The notes: generated by a model from the sequence alone, not told the origin. Shown: positions 34,554 through 46,441, counted from the first letter of the whole stretch. The stretch: DNA of 63,873 nucleotides, filler included, from Craspedostauros australis (GCA_030167865.1; 10 parts of 10 records of this genome joined end to end with filler, not necessarily neighbours in it), one strand, 5' to 3'. Translations and numbers: made by a program.

Positions 34554-36700
34554 ACCATTTCGGGATGGTCGGCGCGGATCACGTCATATCGGAACCATTG
34601 CGTTTCAGTATTGGACCATTGCACGTTGAAGTGTAGATGTCCGTCTCTGAATGCGTGGCTGAGGATGGAGTTGATTGCCAAGTCGTCAGATTTCTCGTTT
34701 TCGACCTGATTTCGGAACAGCTCGTCATGCTCTCTCTCNATGAGAGAGGACTCACGCCCCTGAGAGCGGTGCTCCGGAGGATCTGGCATCGCCGTGACTT
34801 CGGAGTCATCGGTCTCCTCAGAGATGTTACCCGTGGATGCGTCGCCGTCATCATCCGAGATGACGCCGTGTGCATTACGTTCCGGCATGTCGCCGTCGTT
34901 GGGAATCATATTTGGTTGACCGAACCATCGGTCAGCCGTGCCTGCTGGCGTGTTGTTAGCGGATACGCCCCTGACCTCCTGCGTCGCCGGCTCCGGTGGA
35001 CCTGCCGCCGCCCCTGACTGCACAGCAATCGCGTCGATGGCCTCACGGACCTGTCGAGCGAGTTCCGCCGGCATAGTCTTGGCCCTGGCGCGCTCGCCGG
35101 ACTCGCCGCGCGTAGTGGTGTGGATGATATCCAATTGAGCGATGCGTTGGATCTCCGCGTCTGTGATGCGTGGAGGAACGGCGTCTTCGACGACACGCGG
35201 CTTGACGATGTTGCGCACAAGCGCGGTGCCTTTCGTGACGTCGTCGCCTCGTGGCGACCATATATTGTAGGTGAATGGATCGCCGTGGTTCCATGCGATG
35301 CCAAGGAAGTACCCTGGCTTGAATGGGTGGTTTGGGAATTTGGTCATGGGTTCGAAGAACCATACGGGTTGGAAGAATGTGAAGCGGAACATCGAGATGT
35401 CGGGAGTGTTGCCGCGAATGATCTCGATCGGTGTACGCCATTGGAGGCTCGCTTTCGCCGTGTAATTCCATGCGTCGATCGCGTGCTGCACAGCGTAGCA
35501 CCAGAATGAGAGTGGCACCGAGGCCGCCCACAGAAGCTGGTATGCATGCCGCTTGACATCGCCGATCGCCCGTTCTGCGTGATTCTGATTCTGATTCATG
35601 GGCACAGTGAATTGATGCTTGATCAGATAGCGGGATGTGACCGCTTTCCATGCCTTGCCCGACTGCACCTGCGAATTGTCTGATACGAGCAGATCCGGAG
35701 CGCCGACGCGGATGATGAAATCCGTGAGCGCCCCTGGCGCCATGGCCTCGCGGCTCAGTGGCTTCGCCCAGATGAATTTCGATTGGTTGTGCGAGAATAG
35801 CTGGAAACACTTGTAGTGCCTGATGGACTGGACGGTAGAGAAGAACGTGTCCGTGTCAACCCTGCCGTCGATCCTGTTGGGTTGCAGCACTCCTGCTCGC
35901 TGCGCTCGATACTGCCGCGGGATAAGTCTTGACTCTGCCTCGATCGGAGTATCCGCCAGCTGAGTGGATGCCGCCATTGTCTTCTCCACCACGTGTGGTG
36001 GAAGGTGTCGGAAGATTCGCTTGAAATCGACCCGACCCGCAGTGCGTCGTAGACGCTGATGTCTGTCGCATATGATGATATGCTGTGCCGTCGCCATCTC
36101 GTGGGATGTCGGCTTTCTGATGGGAATTCGGAGCGTGTTGCCTGCATGGTTCTCCAGTGGTATGCTGATGTCGTCCGATGAGACCCGCTGCTGTCCCTGA
36201 TGTTCAATTAGGCGATCGTAGACGTTCAGTCCAGACGCGCGCATATGATGTGTGTTAAACAGTGATTCCGTCTGCTGTGGATGCTTGTCGAGAGCCACGT
36301 AGTTCGCTTTGATGAGGATCACGCCGCCTGATGGGGGCTCGTATGCTGCCACCGCGTCNNNNNNNNNNNNNNNNNNNNNNNNNNNNNNNNNNGTCGCCCC
36401 TCGGGCACGAAACTCTTGTTGGTGTGTGTGGGTCACCTCCCAGCCCGACGCATGAACGATGTCTCCGTCCGCCCCTGAGTCTAGGATGATAAAGCCTTGG
36501 CTATTGGTCGTTACTCTTGCCCTTCGGATGCAATGCTCCACTGGTGGGTGGGTTGTACATGGACGAGACTCTTGTGGTGCCACCGGACGTGCACGTCCAG
36601 GCATTCCCGCTGCGGTCGTCACGCTCGCCCCCCTACAGTCGCGGGGTTTGAGGTGGATGACAATCTCCGACTGACGGCGAGTTGTGCCCGTCTTTGATTG
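34554..36700 (-). CDS. Pol: protease, integrase, chromodomain-like segment
   Basis: IILDSGAD, VDTDTFFS, VSDNSQVQ, QNHAERAIG, TPDISMFRFTFFQPVWF, INSILSHAFRDGHLHFNVQWSNTETQW. Confidence 0.88.
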
Positions 36701-38098
36701 TCAAGAACCGGCGTTCCATGGTCCTTGGGTGCCAGGTCGTCCGGTCTTGTAATCGCCCGTGCGAGGTCTCTTGGGTCCTTGCTGGGTCATTGGCAACTCC
36801 ATGTTGCGCGCGTACTCTGTTGGCTTGTTGCGCTTGAGGGTTTCCTCATCAATGGGTTTCCCGGTGGTGCGGAAGTGACGAGACGCCTCGACGAGGAGCA
36901 CTTGAGTGCTCACCGGCATGCGACGGAAGACGGAGTCCGGCAACCGAAACGATGCGGCGCCCTTGCGATCCCACTTGGAGGACTCGCGTGGCCTCTTGCG
37001 GTCGTCCTTGGTGTCCTTCTGCTGGTAGCGACGGTTGCGCTTGGGAGAGTAGTGTCCTTCCGACTTCGTGAGTAGCGCATCATGTTGCATGAATGCCTCG
37101 CGGATTGCATTGAAGGATTGTTCCGTGTTGCGGAATCTGGACATCTCGCTCGTGAAGCGATCGTCGGTGATGTTGCGAAAGAACTTCGCAATCTTCTGCT
37201 GGTCGGTCATCTGCTTTCCGTTCTGCTCCATGACACGGATGCATTTGGAGAAGTCATTGACAAAGACTGGGAAGGGCTCTGATCCGTCGTAACGGAGCTC
37301 AGCGATCTTCTGTTCTTCCTCAACGATGGCCTCAGCTTTGTGGTCGACGGACTCGTAGTTGCGTACGAGCGCCTGGTATGCGTCATGGCCGCTCGGGTCA
37401 TGCGCCTCCACGATGAATGCCGCGCATCCCTTCTCTGTCTTGGTGTGCAGGACAGTGTAGAGCTGCGCGTCGATGTCCTCTGCGTAGTGTGATGGCTTGT
37501 CGACATCGAGGTACGCGGCGTATCTGGATGTGACCAGTTGCCGCTTGAATGCGATCTTCCAGTCATACCAGTCGCTGTTGTTCCCGGTGAACTCGGGTGC
37601 CTCTGGCATGCTGATCTTGTCGAACTTCCATCCTGATGGAGTCCTTGGGGTTCGTGGAGATCGCGGGGTGCGTCTCGCGCGGCTCGGTGAGCTGACGGTG
37701 ATTTCGCGACCCGCGGTTCCCGTGGCTTCCGCTGCTGCGGCTGCCTCCCTGATCGCCATCTCCGATCGCACTTGAGCAGCTGCATTTGCGACTGGCGTGC
37801 TGACTGCCGGTGGCTCGTAGCTGTTCGCTTCGTTGAACAAGTCGATTGCTGCCCAATCGGTGCGTGCGGTGATGGTGTTGGCTCGCGCGTACGCGAAGAT
37901 GCGCAGGATGTTTGTGATGTTGATTGATGACAGCGTTGGCGAGAGCGCCAAAGCTGCCACGATGGTGGCGTCCGGATTGCGGATGACACGATCGATTCTC
38001 CCGAGTTTCTCGCCGATGAACGCCATCTCCTCGTCATCGAGCTGTACCAGCTCTTGGATGATCTTGTTGAAGGTGTTGATGTTGGTTGGTCGGTCCAT
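36701..38098 (-). CDS. Gag (465 aa)
   Basis: APEFTGNNSDWYDWKIAF, SGHDAYQALVRNYE, LRYDGSEPFPVFVNDF are typical copia gag motifs. Confidence 0.88.
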   Translation of the reverse strand: MDRPTNINTFNKIIQELVQLDDEEMAFIGEKLGRIDRVIRNPDATIVAALALSPTLSSINITNILRIFAYARANTITARTDWAAIDLFNEANSYEPPAVSTPVANAAAQVRSEMAIREAAAAAEATGTAGREITVSSPSRARRTPRSPRTPRTPSGWKFDKISMPEAPEFTGNNSDWYDWKIAFKRQLVTSRYAAYLDVDKPSHYAEDIDAQLYTVLHTKTEKGCAAFIVEAHDPSGHDAYQALVRNYESVDHKAEAIVEEEQKIAELRYDGSEPFPVFVNDFSKCIRVMEQNGKQMTDQQKIAKFFRNITDDRFTSEMSRFRNTEQSFNAIREAFMQHDALLTKSEGHYSPKRNRRYQQKDTKDDRKRPRESSKWDRKGAASFRLPDSVFRRMPVSTQVLLVEASRHFRTTGKPIDEETLKRNKPTEYARNMELPMTQQGPKRPRTGDYKTGRPGTQGPWNAGS

Positions 38099-38159
38099 GG
38101 TGGTAACTCGTAAGATGGTGAAAGGTGGTGTGGTGTTGGGTGTTGCTTAGTATTGGTAA

Positions 38160-38174
38160 GCACGACTCTTAATC
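38160..38174 (-). promoter_or_regulatory. Putative primer-binding site complementary to the anticodon arm of tRNA-Lys(CUU)
   Basis: + strand GCACGACTCTTAATC abuts the LTR TG. CACGA-CT-CTT-AA-TC is an anticodon stem/loop pattern. Confidence 0.65.
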
Positions 38175-38344
38175 TGTCAAACAGTGCAAGTAACTACGAA
38201 AGATGTATTGGCCCGTTGTTTCGTGCCCTGGTCGGAGCTCTTGTTGTTTATTTGTGAGTGCTGTCCGAAGACAGCCCCCGACCAGTATTTGACTAATAGG
38301 ATTAGTAGAAGAGTAAGAAGTAAAGAATTCTGTGAGAATTGTCA
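38175..38344 (-). repeat. Putative 170-bp 5' LTR
   Basis: Minus strand TGACAATT...TTTGACA, AT-rich, lying between the PBS and host coding sequence. Confidence 0.65.
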
Positions 38345-40571
38345 CTCTCCATCGTGGGATCATCCTTGATCATCTACATGGCCAGACGCGACCTATCCTT
38401 GGTCTACCATCGCATCCTCATCGTGATCTCCATCGCGGACATCATCGCTGGTGCATTCAATGCAGTCCATCTCTTCCTCGTCCCGTCCGACCGCACGGAC
38501 AGCCCCATCGCATTCGGAAACGACACGACGTGCACCATGCTCGGTTTCNNNNNNNNNNNNNNNNNNNNNNNNNNNNNNNNNNNNNNNNNNNNNNNNNNCC
38601 TCGTCCCGTCCGACCGCACGGACAGCCCCATCGCATTCGGAAACGACACGACGTGCACCATGCTCGGTTTCGCCCTCAACAGTGCCCCCATGATCATCAC
38701 GCCGTACAACACCTTCCTGGCCGTCAACTTCCTGCTGCAGATACGGTACCGATGGACGAATCGACAAATTGCAATGCAGATCGAGCCATACGTCTTCCTC
38801 CTCACGATTCTCATGGCCGTCTGCATTCCCAGCGTCGGGCTCCTCCAGAATTCATTCGCATTGAACTACCTCAGTGGGTATTGCATCTTTGGCACGTATT
38901 CGGAAACGTGTACTACGGAAGAAGTAGTGGTATTGCTTCAGGATGACATGCACAATGCTACGACTACGACAACAACGATACGGCACTGCACACCTGACGC
39001 GCTGAGTCTCGATTTGCTCAGCATCATCGTTTCGTTCCTCGTCGGTATCATCGCGACTCTGGGTATCGCCAGCACGTACGCGCTGTACAGCTCGGTCTAT
39101 TCAACATACACAGCCAATGCGCGGTATGCGACGGATAATGAGCCGGTTGTCAGCGAATCCATGGCAATGACGGTCGCAGACAGTGCGGAAGAGATTGCTG
39201 CACGGCGAAAGAGGAAACGAAGGCGATCGTCCATCACATCGAAGCTGCAAGAGGAACGATTCAAGCAGATCACGCAGCAGTGCATCCTGTACGGATTGTG
39301 AGTTTGGTCAGTGGGAAGGGAGCGGGTCACTCCTGCCATGGTTGTGCTTCGTACGGGCATGGAGCACTTGCGCGTGCAGCGTATCCTCTACAATGCTCTC
39401 TCTTTGATTTGATTTGATTTGATTAGATGTATTCATGTTGGTTCTGTCCTTGGCGATCCATTTTGAGTCTCCATTCAGTGCATCGTGCTTCCGCTCATCT
39501 CTCTCCCTCCTTTGCCCCCCAACTCTACCAACACAACTTAACCGATAAACGCTTGCCCCTATGCAGAGCCTTCGGAAACACATCCATCTGGCCGATGGCA
39601 TTCACGATCGTCGACCTCACAATGGAGACGCAAGACAAGTTGGGTTCGCCGGGGATCTTCCTGCTGGTCTTCCTCACATGCGTCTTCATGCCGTTGCAGG
39701 GCGCATTCAATTTCATTGTTTTCATTTGGCCCAAGTACCAACGCGTGCACAAGCTGCTTCGGAAACCCATGGGATCGCATGACATGATGATGCACTCTGT
39801 CGAATCGAATGGCGACTCCATTGTGGGAAGCAGCGAGATGCCGCATGCAACCTCGTTGGCGAAACAGAGCACACGCAGCACTGGCGAGATGCATGGCAAC
39901 ACCGGTGTCGCAGAGAAAAAGGGCGACAGCATGAGGTGGTTCAGGATCATCCTCATGATCATCCAAGATGAGGATGNNNNNNNNNNNNNNNNNNNNNNNN
40001 NNNNNNNNNNNNNNNNNNNNNNNNNNTGGGATCGCATGACATGATGATGCACTCTGTCGAATCGAATGGCGACTCCATTGTGGGAAGCAGCGAGATGCAG
40101 CATGCAACCTTGTTGGCGAAACAGAGTACAAGCAGCACAGGCGAGATGCATGGCAACGCCGGTGTCGCAGAGAAAAAGGGCGACAGCATGAGGTGGTTCA
40201 GGATCATCCTCATGATCATCCAAGATGAGGATGCAGCATCAGCGAGATTTTCCAGCAGAGCGTCGGACTTGCGCATGCGATCGAATCGTCGTGCATCCGA
40301 GGAATTATCATCGTACTTCAGCAGGTTTCGTGAGGGTAGTGTGGATGNGATTGATCAGGACAGTAAATCACCGCAGCATGTTGCCGTACAAGATGAAATG
40401 AATGAGTCCACCATGCAGCAGGCCTGCAAGGATCCATCTCTTTTGGCAGAAGCGCAAGAGGACGAGGTTGTGGGTGAAAACAGCAATACCAGCGAAAGCA
40501 ATGAAGAAACCAATGCTGAGAGTCAGCAGAGACAGACTGTACCTGGAAAGCCACAGTCGATGACCTTCTGA
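38345..40571 (+). pseudogene. Diatom 7TM GPCR-like receptor, 5' end interrupted by the LTR element; intron 39298-39566
   Basis: LSIVGSSLII, YHRILIVISIADI, FGNDTTCTMLGF, QCILYGL|AFGNTSIWP (GT..AG splice restores frame), PLQGAFNFIVFIWPKY. Confidence 0.82.
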
Positions 40572-41892
40572 TCGATCATACAGGCGATGTCAAACGAATT
40601 TGAGACAAGATTTCAGTTTTTGCACGTTGACTTGGAGCGCTGTGAGGGATTGGCTGGTTGGGATTTGCATCTGCTGTTCTTGGTTGCGGACGGGTGCACA
40701 TCGGCCGCCAACAGGACAGCTTCTTGCGTCGGCGAATCGCTGCAGCACTCGTTGGCCATGCACTGACGCAACATGGTCTTGATGATCGTTGGAGCACCGG
40801 ATGAACAGCAGATCCTATGCTGCCGAGACAACCAAAGTCAACAGAACGTGGGTGTGACATGTGTGAAAGAACAAGGAATGAGAACCATCCTTCGTTGACA
40901 ACACACTAGTCACAGTCAAGCTAGAAGTATGCTAACAACTCGGAATCCAAACACGGAAATGGCCAACACGAAGATCCATCACAAACATGCACATCTCTAA
41001 CAGAACACAACACAACACAAACAGTGGCAACATCGACATCAACATCAACAGATCCGCACACCACAAACCATTTACATTGATTCTATTTTCACCTGTCACC
41101 AAGTCCAAACCATTCCTACTGGCATCGTAATACCCCAAACACGATCAACCACGGACGACAGGCAGACGATTGAAGTGCGCCAACAATTCTTGACATCACC
41201 GAAAACAACGAACTGTTGATGTTGATGTCACACAGAACAACTACTCAACGACTATGGCAATACATGTCCTCGTTCTGTGTAAGACCCCATTCAGGATACG
41301 ATAGTATACAAATGCGGATTTTTTATTTTATTACCTATATCATCCTATTATATTGTAGAGAGTATATGTGTGAAGTTACAAGCTCCTGGGCCCTGTAGTT
41401 AAAAAGTTTATATTTTTCGCACTAATCTACAACTAAAAACGTTGCGCATGCGGACGTGAAGGGGCAAATGGGGTTCGGAATCGCCAGTCGTNNNNNNNNN
41501 NNNNNNNNNNNNNNNNNNNNNNNNNNNNNNNNNNNTTAATTAATTAANNNNNNNNNNNNNNNNNNNNNNNNNNNNNNNNNNNNNNNNNNNNATGGCCAAC
41601 TCTGCGAATGAGGACGACACAAACCGCATCACGCCAACGTGCACACATCCATTACACCAGACACTGCTGCTCTCTCGCAGATGCACTTCAATGGAGCCTT
41701 GAGTTGAGCAGAGGTGCCCTTTGTCACACAAATCAGAAACACAACCAACCACNNNNNNNNNNNNNNNNNNNNNNNNNNNNNNNNNNNNNNNNNNNNNNNN
41801 NNNNNNNNNNNNNNNNNNNNNNNNNNNNNNNNNNNNNNNNNNNNNNNNNNNNNNNNNNNNNNNNNNNNNNNNNNNNNNNNNNNNNNNNNNNN

Positions 41893-42816
41893 CTCGCAAA
41901 GTATCCAGCAAAGAACTTCATCAAAGGGTATGTGATGCTGAAGAAAACGCTCGTGAAGAACAAGATCTTCTTTGGTAAGTCAACTCCAATGCAGGCGACG
42001 TGTGGGCCCGACCACTCAATGGACACATTCGTTTGGGGGTGGTGGCGATCACCCTGTTGCATTTCTTGTTCTCAAACTTTGCATTGATCATGCTGCACAA
42101 ACACATCACAACTCACAAGCAACCACTCGATCTCTTCATCTGTTTGCTTTTGTGAGGGTTTTGGCAGNNNNNNNNNNNNNNNNNNNNNNNNNNNNNNNNN
42201 NNNNNNNNNNNNNNNNNCGACGCCAAGCTCCTCATCCGTGAGCTTGCAGCTGATCCCAACTTGTGGATGTGGGAGCCTTGCCACATCCGAGACAAGTATC
42301 CAACCCTCGCAAAGTATCCAGCAAAGAACTTCATCAAAGGGTATGTGACGCTGAAGAAAACGCTCGTGAAGAACAAGATCTTCTTTGGTAAGTCAACTCC
42401 AATGCAGGCGACGTGTGGGCCCGACCACTCAACGGACACATTCGTTTGGGGGTGGTGGCGATCACCCTGTTGCATTTCTTGTTCTCAAACTTTGCTTTGA
42501 TCATGCTGCACAAACACATCACAACTCACAAGCAACCACTCGATCTCTTCATCTGTTTGCTTTTGTGAGGGTTTTGGCAGCAAATGGACGCTTNAATCCA
42601 GACGCATCAGGTAACTTGGGCATGCATCTTCGCCCCATCGATGAGCCAGAGGGCTTCGACAACACAAAGCCCTCGAAATCCCCTCCTGCAAAGGCCATCG
42701 CGGAAACCACAACAACACCCACAATGACAGCATTCTCCGAAAACGCTGCCACCAACACAGACAAGAGCTGCCATGGAGAAGGGGATCAAAACCCATCTTC
42801 GCAAATGGCATCAAAC
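41893..42816 (+). other. Fragment of an unknown spliced ORF (probably repeat-derived), duplicated across gaps
   Basis: DAKLLIRELAADPNLW...KYPAKNF...KIFF, with GTAAG at 42388 and ttttggcag at 42580 keeping frame. Confidence 0.35.
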
Positions 42817-44404
42817 ANNNNNNNNNNNNNNNNNNNNNNNNNNNNNNNNNNNNNNNNNNNNTTAATTAATTAANNNNNNNNNNNNNNNNNNNNNNNNNNN
42901 NNNNNNNNNNNNNNNNNCATCAAGCTTGACACCAATCGTAAGAAAAGGTGTCAAGAGATCAAGGACGAAACCTGTGACGAGATGGATGCATGACTGCGGA
43001 AATGTGCCGCATGAATGTTGAGCGAAATGAAACTACTGAAATATATGAAGTGCATGAAGAGATGCATGGTGAGATGTACATGAAGTACATGCTGCATGAC
43101 ATGATGAACACAGCAGTATCTCACGATGTTACTGTGGATTATACATGCTATGGCAAATGGAATTGGAAGAGCTGAAGATGTTATGCTCACAGTTTTGAGA
43201 ATGCAACAACAGGAATAGGTAACCAGATATAACTAATAAGGCTGGGTTACCCCGGATTTCCAACACAGATCAAGATGGAGAAGGGATGGCAGCGCACAGG
43301 ACGACTGTGCCGATGATTGTTGGTTGCCGCTCAGAATATCCGCGATGGAATGAATGCTCTTGGGACCGATTAAGTTGTTGTCTAAATACAGGTATAGCAG
43401 GTGTTCCAACCGAGAGACTCTGATAGAACACAGATGAAAGATGGGTACTTACCTCAAAATTGGGAGTGATCAAGTCCGTCAATGAAGTAGAGTGAAGCTG
43501 TGTAATAGTGTTGTTGTGCTCTGAGTGGTTAATTGAAGTTAGATGGTATGTAAGCTGGCCCAATTCAGAACTGTTGGAGTCTGAATTGTGAGCAGATGGA
43601 GATGAAATGATGAAAAATGATGCTGAGGCAACATGTGTTGCAACACACAGCAGAGCATGAAGTGCAGTGCATAAATTACAGTGCATGAAGTGGAGAGCAT
43701 GAATGTGTTGTCGAGTTTGCAAGACTGAGGAGGTTCATGGTGCCTCCAATACTGATCTTGCTTCTTGGAACAACAATGATGCATGCAACAAATCCGATCA
43801 TTGCAGAAATGCGATCTTGCCAAATTTGATGGGATTGATGAGCTTGTATCTGAGCCAAGATGCTCAGGTACATTCACTCACCAAGACAGTAGACATNNNN
43901 NNTCATGTGCACATAAGGAGGATGACAAGCAGGGCCTGACATCCATCCTTCAACTCATTACCATCTTCAGATACCAAGACAGGTATCTGAGCGCCGTTGG
44001 GAGTTGCGGGAAATTAGGTCAACAGAGAAAGAGAAAACGGTTCATGACCAAAAGTCTCATGCGTGACCTGACACAGTCTACGGAGAACAAGACTNNNNNN
44101 NNNNNNNNNNNNNNNNNNNNNNNNNNNNNNNNNNNNNNNNNNNNTTGTATCTGAGCCAAGATGCTCAGGTACATTCACTCACCAAGACAGTAGACATGTA
44201 TGTTCATGTGCACATAAGGAGGATGACAAGCAGGGCCTGACATCCATCCTTCAACTCATTACCATCTTCAGATACCAAGACAGGTATCTGAGCGCCGTTG
44301 GGAGTTGCGGGAAATTAGGTCAACAGAGAAAGAGAAAACGGTTCATGACCAAAAGTCTCATGCGTGACCTGACACAGTCTACGGAGAACAAGACTAGACA
44401 TAGA

Positions 44405-45286
44405 CTAAGGTGAATATAGACTTTTGATCTGATAGACTCCGGATGTCAGCAGATGCGCCATATGCTCATCATCCAGGCCGCAATGGGATAACCTCAGGCT
44501 CTGCAATTGAGTGAGATGAGCGATAGCCGCAGCCAGCTTGGACACGATGGCGGTCGAATCGTCTGGGTTGCATCGTGGCAGGTTGCTGGCGGAGAGATCC
44601 AACGACCGCAACGGAATCACGTTTTTGGATGCCGTCGCTTGCACGTGGCTGTGCTGACTCTGTTTCATGCATTGCGCTGAATGACTCTGCAAGCTTTCGG
44701 CAAAGGCATTCACAATGGAATGCGATAGCTCGACGGCCAATTCCAGGTGCACCAGAGACTGATGGTGGCGGAAGTTGCGCACGACGCAGCACGCGACGGA
44801 TGGGGTTGGATTCACCAGAACCAACTCCTTGATGATGATGGACGATCGCGAGCTCGCCGATATCGATGTTTCTGTGAGTAATGGTGTCTTCGAAGGGTCA
44901 TCCTTCAATCTCGTCTGCGGCTTCTGGACCATTCGCTTCTGCGTGATTTTGGGTTCACCATCTGTACTTGCGACAAAGACGAGAGACTGCAGCAACGAAA
45001 TCAAGTGGCCTGTGCAGTGTGTGAAGGTCAGGCGCTTCCAATGGCGCTGGCATAGCAAGAGCGACCGCAGCGATGATGCGATGGTAGCATCCACGTGCAC
45101 CGCAGAGAGAAGCAGATGATCCCATGATCCCGAACTCAAAGAAGAAAATGAAGATGATGATGATGATGGCGACAACCGCGATCGCGTTTGAGGCTGCCTG
45201 ATGAGCTGGCAGCATCTTTCCAGCTTCTTGCAGATCGCCATCGGCTGATTCAGCGATCCGTTGATGCACAGCAGTCCCTCGCCCAT
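44405..45286 (-). CDS. RNI-like leucine-rich-repeat protein, apparently 3'-truncated
   Basis: WKRLTFTHC, LVHLEL, LRSLDLSASNL, LQSLRLSHCGLDD. The ORF ends abruptly at decayed repeat DNA. Confidence 0.7.
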   Translation of the reverse strand: MGEGLLCINGSLNQPMAICKKLERCCQLIRQPQTRSRLSPSSSSSSFSSLSSGSWDHLLLSAVHVDATIASSLRSLLLCQRHWKRLTFTHCTGHLISLLQSLVFVASTDGEPKITQKRMVQKPQTRLKDDPSKTPLLTETSISASSRSSIIIKELVLVNPTPSVACCVVRNFRHHQSLVHLELAVELSHSIVNAFAESLQSHSAQCMKQSQHSHVQATASKNVIPLRSLDLSASNLPRCNPDDSTAIVSKLAAAIAHLTQLQSLRLSHCGLDDEHMAHLLTSGVYQIKSLYSP

Positions 45287-45808
45287 CTTGGAGTTGCGTG
45301 GAAGTGGCAGTAGTTGGTGAGATGGCGATGGCGATGGTGATGGTGATTGTGATTGTGATGGAGTACGACTATGGAGGTCGTGGTTGTGGGGATTGCGAAC
45401 CTTTTGGTTGCGAAGATCGACGATGTCGAGAGACCGAAACACGACTCGATGATTCGTGAAACGATGGTGGAGCGATGAACAACTCGCAGGGTCTATGAAC
45501 AAAGGTCGAGGCCAACACAACAAATCTGCATCAACAAGGAGAAGGTGTCGGGCAGGTGGGACAGATGGCATCGATTATCCGCATGGAAACTGCGCATACA
45601 TGTTTTGTGAATTGGACTAGAATAGAATAGAGTAAGGAGAAATGGATTCAATTGCCGTACGCACATGCCATTGGCAAAGCGTTGGTCCACAGGCACTGGC
45701 TCAAAATGGCCCGCGACTCAATCGATTGTCTGCTCTGTGTGTGTGCATGGTAATATGTCTCGTACATCAGCAAGAGAGGGGAAGGAAGATGGAGTGATGT
45801 GGTACATG

Positions 45809-46441
45809 CTACTTCTCAGCGAAGCAAACACAAAAGGCGACCCCGATCAGCGAACCGACCACGATACCAACAACGATGAAAATCTCTTTGGTGCTCAAAT
45901 CGCCCCCGTTTCCGTCTTGGCTGTTGCTGTTGGTACTGGATCTACCTCCCGTGGTGGTGTAACCTCCGCTTCCCTTGTTTCTGCCAGAGCTCGATCCACC
46001 TCTGCCGCCTGATGACGATCCTTTCAACTCGCGTCGTTCAAAACGGAAGATGACGCCACCAAACATCTCATCATCGTCATCATCGTCGTCGTCGTCTTCG
46101 AAGTCATCGTCGCTATCGTCGTCTTCGCAATCATCACTGCTGCCGACACTGGGTTCGGGATCTACTGTGCTTGCTTCGGCGTTGGACATCTTTCCAGCAG
46201 TGGCCACCGTGGTGTTCCCGACTCCAACAGTTGTGCCATGCGTCTCAGGAGATGGTGTTGTGTCGGGATCAAATGTGGCGCTGAGATTCGTTGAATGAGC
46301 TGTGGTGCGATTGTTGCTTCGCAAGTGTTGTACCTTGGGGGTTGCAGGCTGCGTCCTCAAGTATGGGGAAGCAGCAGTTCGATTGTGTTGGCGAGCGACC
46401 GATGTGGACGGTGATCGCGATGGCTGGACATGGTGACACAA
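45809..46441 (-). CDS. Single-pass membrane protein, 3' part (acidic tract, RREL, Gly/Ser linker, C-terminal TM)
   Basis: DDDDDDDDE...FERRELKGSSSGGRGG...IFIVVGIVVGSLIGVAFCVCF. Confidence 0.6.
   Translation of the reverse strand: MCHHVQPSRSPSTSVARQHNRTAASPYLRTQPATPKVQHLRSNNRTTAHSTNLSATFDPDTTPSPETHGTTVGVGNTTVATAGKMSNAEASTVDPEPSVGSSDDCEDDDSDDDFEDDDDDDDDDEMFGGVIFRFERRELKGSSSGGRGGSSSGRNKGSGGYTTTGGRSSTNSNSQDGNGGDLSTKEIFIVVGIVVGSLIGVAFCVCFAEK

Larger units (their letters stand above)
34554..38344 (-). mobile_element. Second diatom copia-type LTR retrotransposon (LTR-PBS-gag-PR-IN-chromodomain; cut by scaffold end)
   Basis: Integrase directly follows the protease (copia order), with motifs as listed for its genes. 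Confidence 0.92.
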
